A stretch of DNA of 6,866 nt from a virus (taxonomy: Duplodnaviria > Heunggongvirae > Uroviricota > Caudoviricetes): IMG/VR virus record IMGVR_UViG_2529292909_000014; one strand, written 5' to 3'. A program made the translations under genes and the position numbers. How positions within the stretch are numbered: the first letter of the stretch is position 1; every line of letters begins with the position of its first letter. Positions 6,297-6,866 of this stretch are shown piece after piece. The notes beneath the pieces were generated by a model. It was not told the origin of the DNA. It ran no database searches and worked only from the letters and a program-made list of their open reading frames with translations.

Positions 6297-6866
6297 TTAT
6301 ATACTTGCAGCCGTCACCCATGCTCCATTTAACAGATACTGCAACGGCCGGTAATACACGCCGCCGACGTTATCTGCCGTATTCTTACCGACATCCTGTA
6401 CTTTAATTCCGGTAAGAACATTGCCGCCCCCCAGATTCAGATCCCAGCTTTCCCATGTTCCGGGCATATGTGCGGTCACCGACCCCAGTCTTATGGCGGT
6501 TACTGTTCCTGATGAGATAGTGATATCCTGCGTCCCGTCAAAGGGAACACCATTAATTGTGTGGGCATTTGCCAGCCTGTTCGCGGCAACGGCGGTGCCG
6601 TCCGATGGCAGGGCATTCGCCGCCCTGTTTACCGTTTCCCGTAAACCGACGTTATCGATAAAAGCCCCTTTATCCGGAATGTCTGCGCCGTTCTGCTCCC
6701 TGCGCAGGTAACGGTTATCACCTTCGCTTTTGCTGTAAACATCCAGATTATTACGGGCGGTTCCCTTATTCTCCAGGTCGGCGAGATTCTGATCCTTCGC
6801 CAGGGCATTAACGTCAGCGGGACCAAGACCGTTTTTTGTGGCAAGCGTCCCCAGACCAAGATAACC
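6297..6866 (-). CDS. Tail-fibre protein, 3' part (5' end beyond the window), carrying the currently expressed tip
   Basis: Minus-strand frame is open from the window edge to TAA 6297-6299: [54 protein letters not shown]...[42 protein letters not shown]...AASI. Typical tail-fibre motifs; the crossover site is embedded at codons GLRE. Confidence 0.85.
   Translation of the reverse strand, partial: GYLGLGTLATKNGLGPADVNALAKDQNLADLENKGTARNNLDVYSKSEGDNRYLRREQNGADIPDKGAFIDNVGLRETVNRAANALPSDGTAVAANRLANAHTINGVPFDGTQDITISSGTVTAIRLGSVTAHMPGTWESWDLNLGGGNVLTGIKVQDVGKNTADNVGGVYYRPLQYLLNGAWVTAASI
6580..6647. repeat. Inverted repeat, right arm (68 bp)
   Basis: Reverse complement of 5333..5400 with one mismatch. 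Confidence 0.85.
6636..6661. other. Invertase crossover site, right: TTCCCGTAAACC-GA-CGTTATCGATAA
   Basis: Inner half is identical to the left site's inner half in inverted orientation and the core dinucleotide is complementary; the outer half has diverged. Lies inside the tail-fibre coding sequence. Confidence 0.65.

Larger units (their letters stand above)
5333..6647. other. Invertible DNA segment (~1.3 kb) carrying alternative tail-fibre tips and tfa
   Basis: Bounded by inverted crossover sites with complementary cores (TC at 5331-5332, GA at 6648-6649) and the 68-bp inverted repeats; adjacent invertase gene; layout comparable to Mu G and P1 C segments. Confidence 0.65.

Noticed and set aside
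6421-6711. 96-aa plus-strand ORF
   Set aside because: It is the opposite-strand reading of the right inverted repeat inside the real minus-strand tail-fibre gene. The off-frame 6629..6859 minus ORF is rejected for the same reason.
1-6866. CRISPR array, diversity-generating retroelement or tRNA gene
   Set aside because: No regularly spaced short repeats, no reverse-transcriptase-like ORF near the variable tail-fibre tip, and no tRNA-like sequence. Tip variation here is explained by site-specific inversion.

Overview
This window reads as the accessory end of an enterobacterial prophage, with almost all genes on the minus strand. From right to left: (i) the 3' part of a tail-fibre gene (6297..6866, runs off the window) whose C-terminal tip lies inside a ~1.3 kb invertible segment bounded by two hix/gix-like 26-bp crossover sites and 68-bp inverted repeats; the segment also carries a silent alternative tip cassette plus a tail-fibre assembly gene (tfa) on the plus strand; (ii) a Hin/Gin/Pin/Cin-family DNA invertase gene directly outside the left site, broken by two 1-bp deletions; (iii) a ~684-codon NanS-like sialate O-acetylesterase gene broken by two compensating 1-bp indels; (iv) two small minus-strand genes and one divergent plus-strand gene of unknown function; (v) a com-mom module (zinc-finger translational activator plus DNA adenine-modification, anti-restriction) preceded by a GATC-containing palindrome. 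The order invertible segment - invertase - com - mom matches the right end of phage Mu, with extra cargo inserted between the invertase and com. No rRNA, tRNA or CRISPR array was seen. All homology calls are from motif-level recognition by eye; no database search was run.
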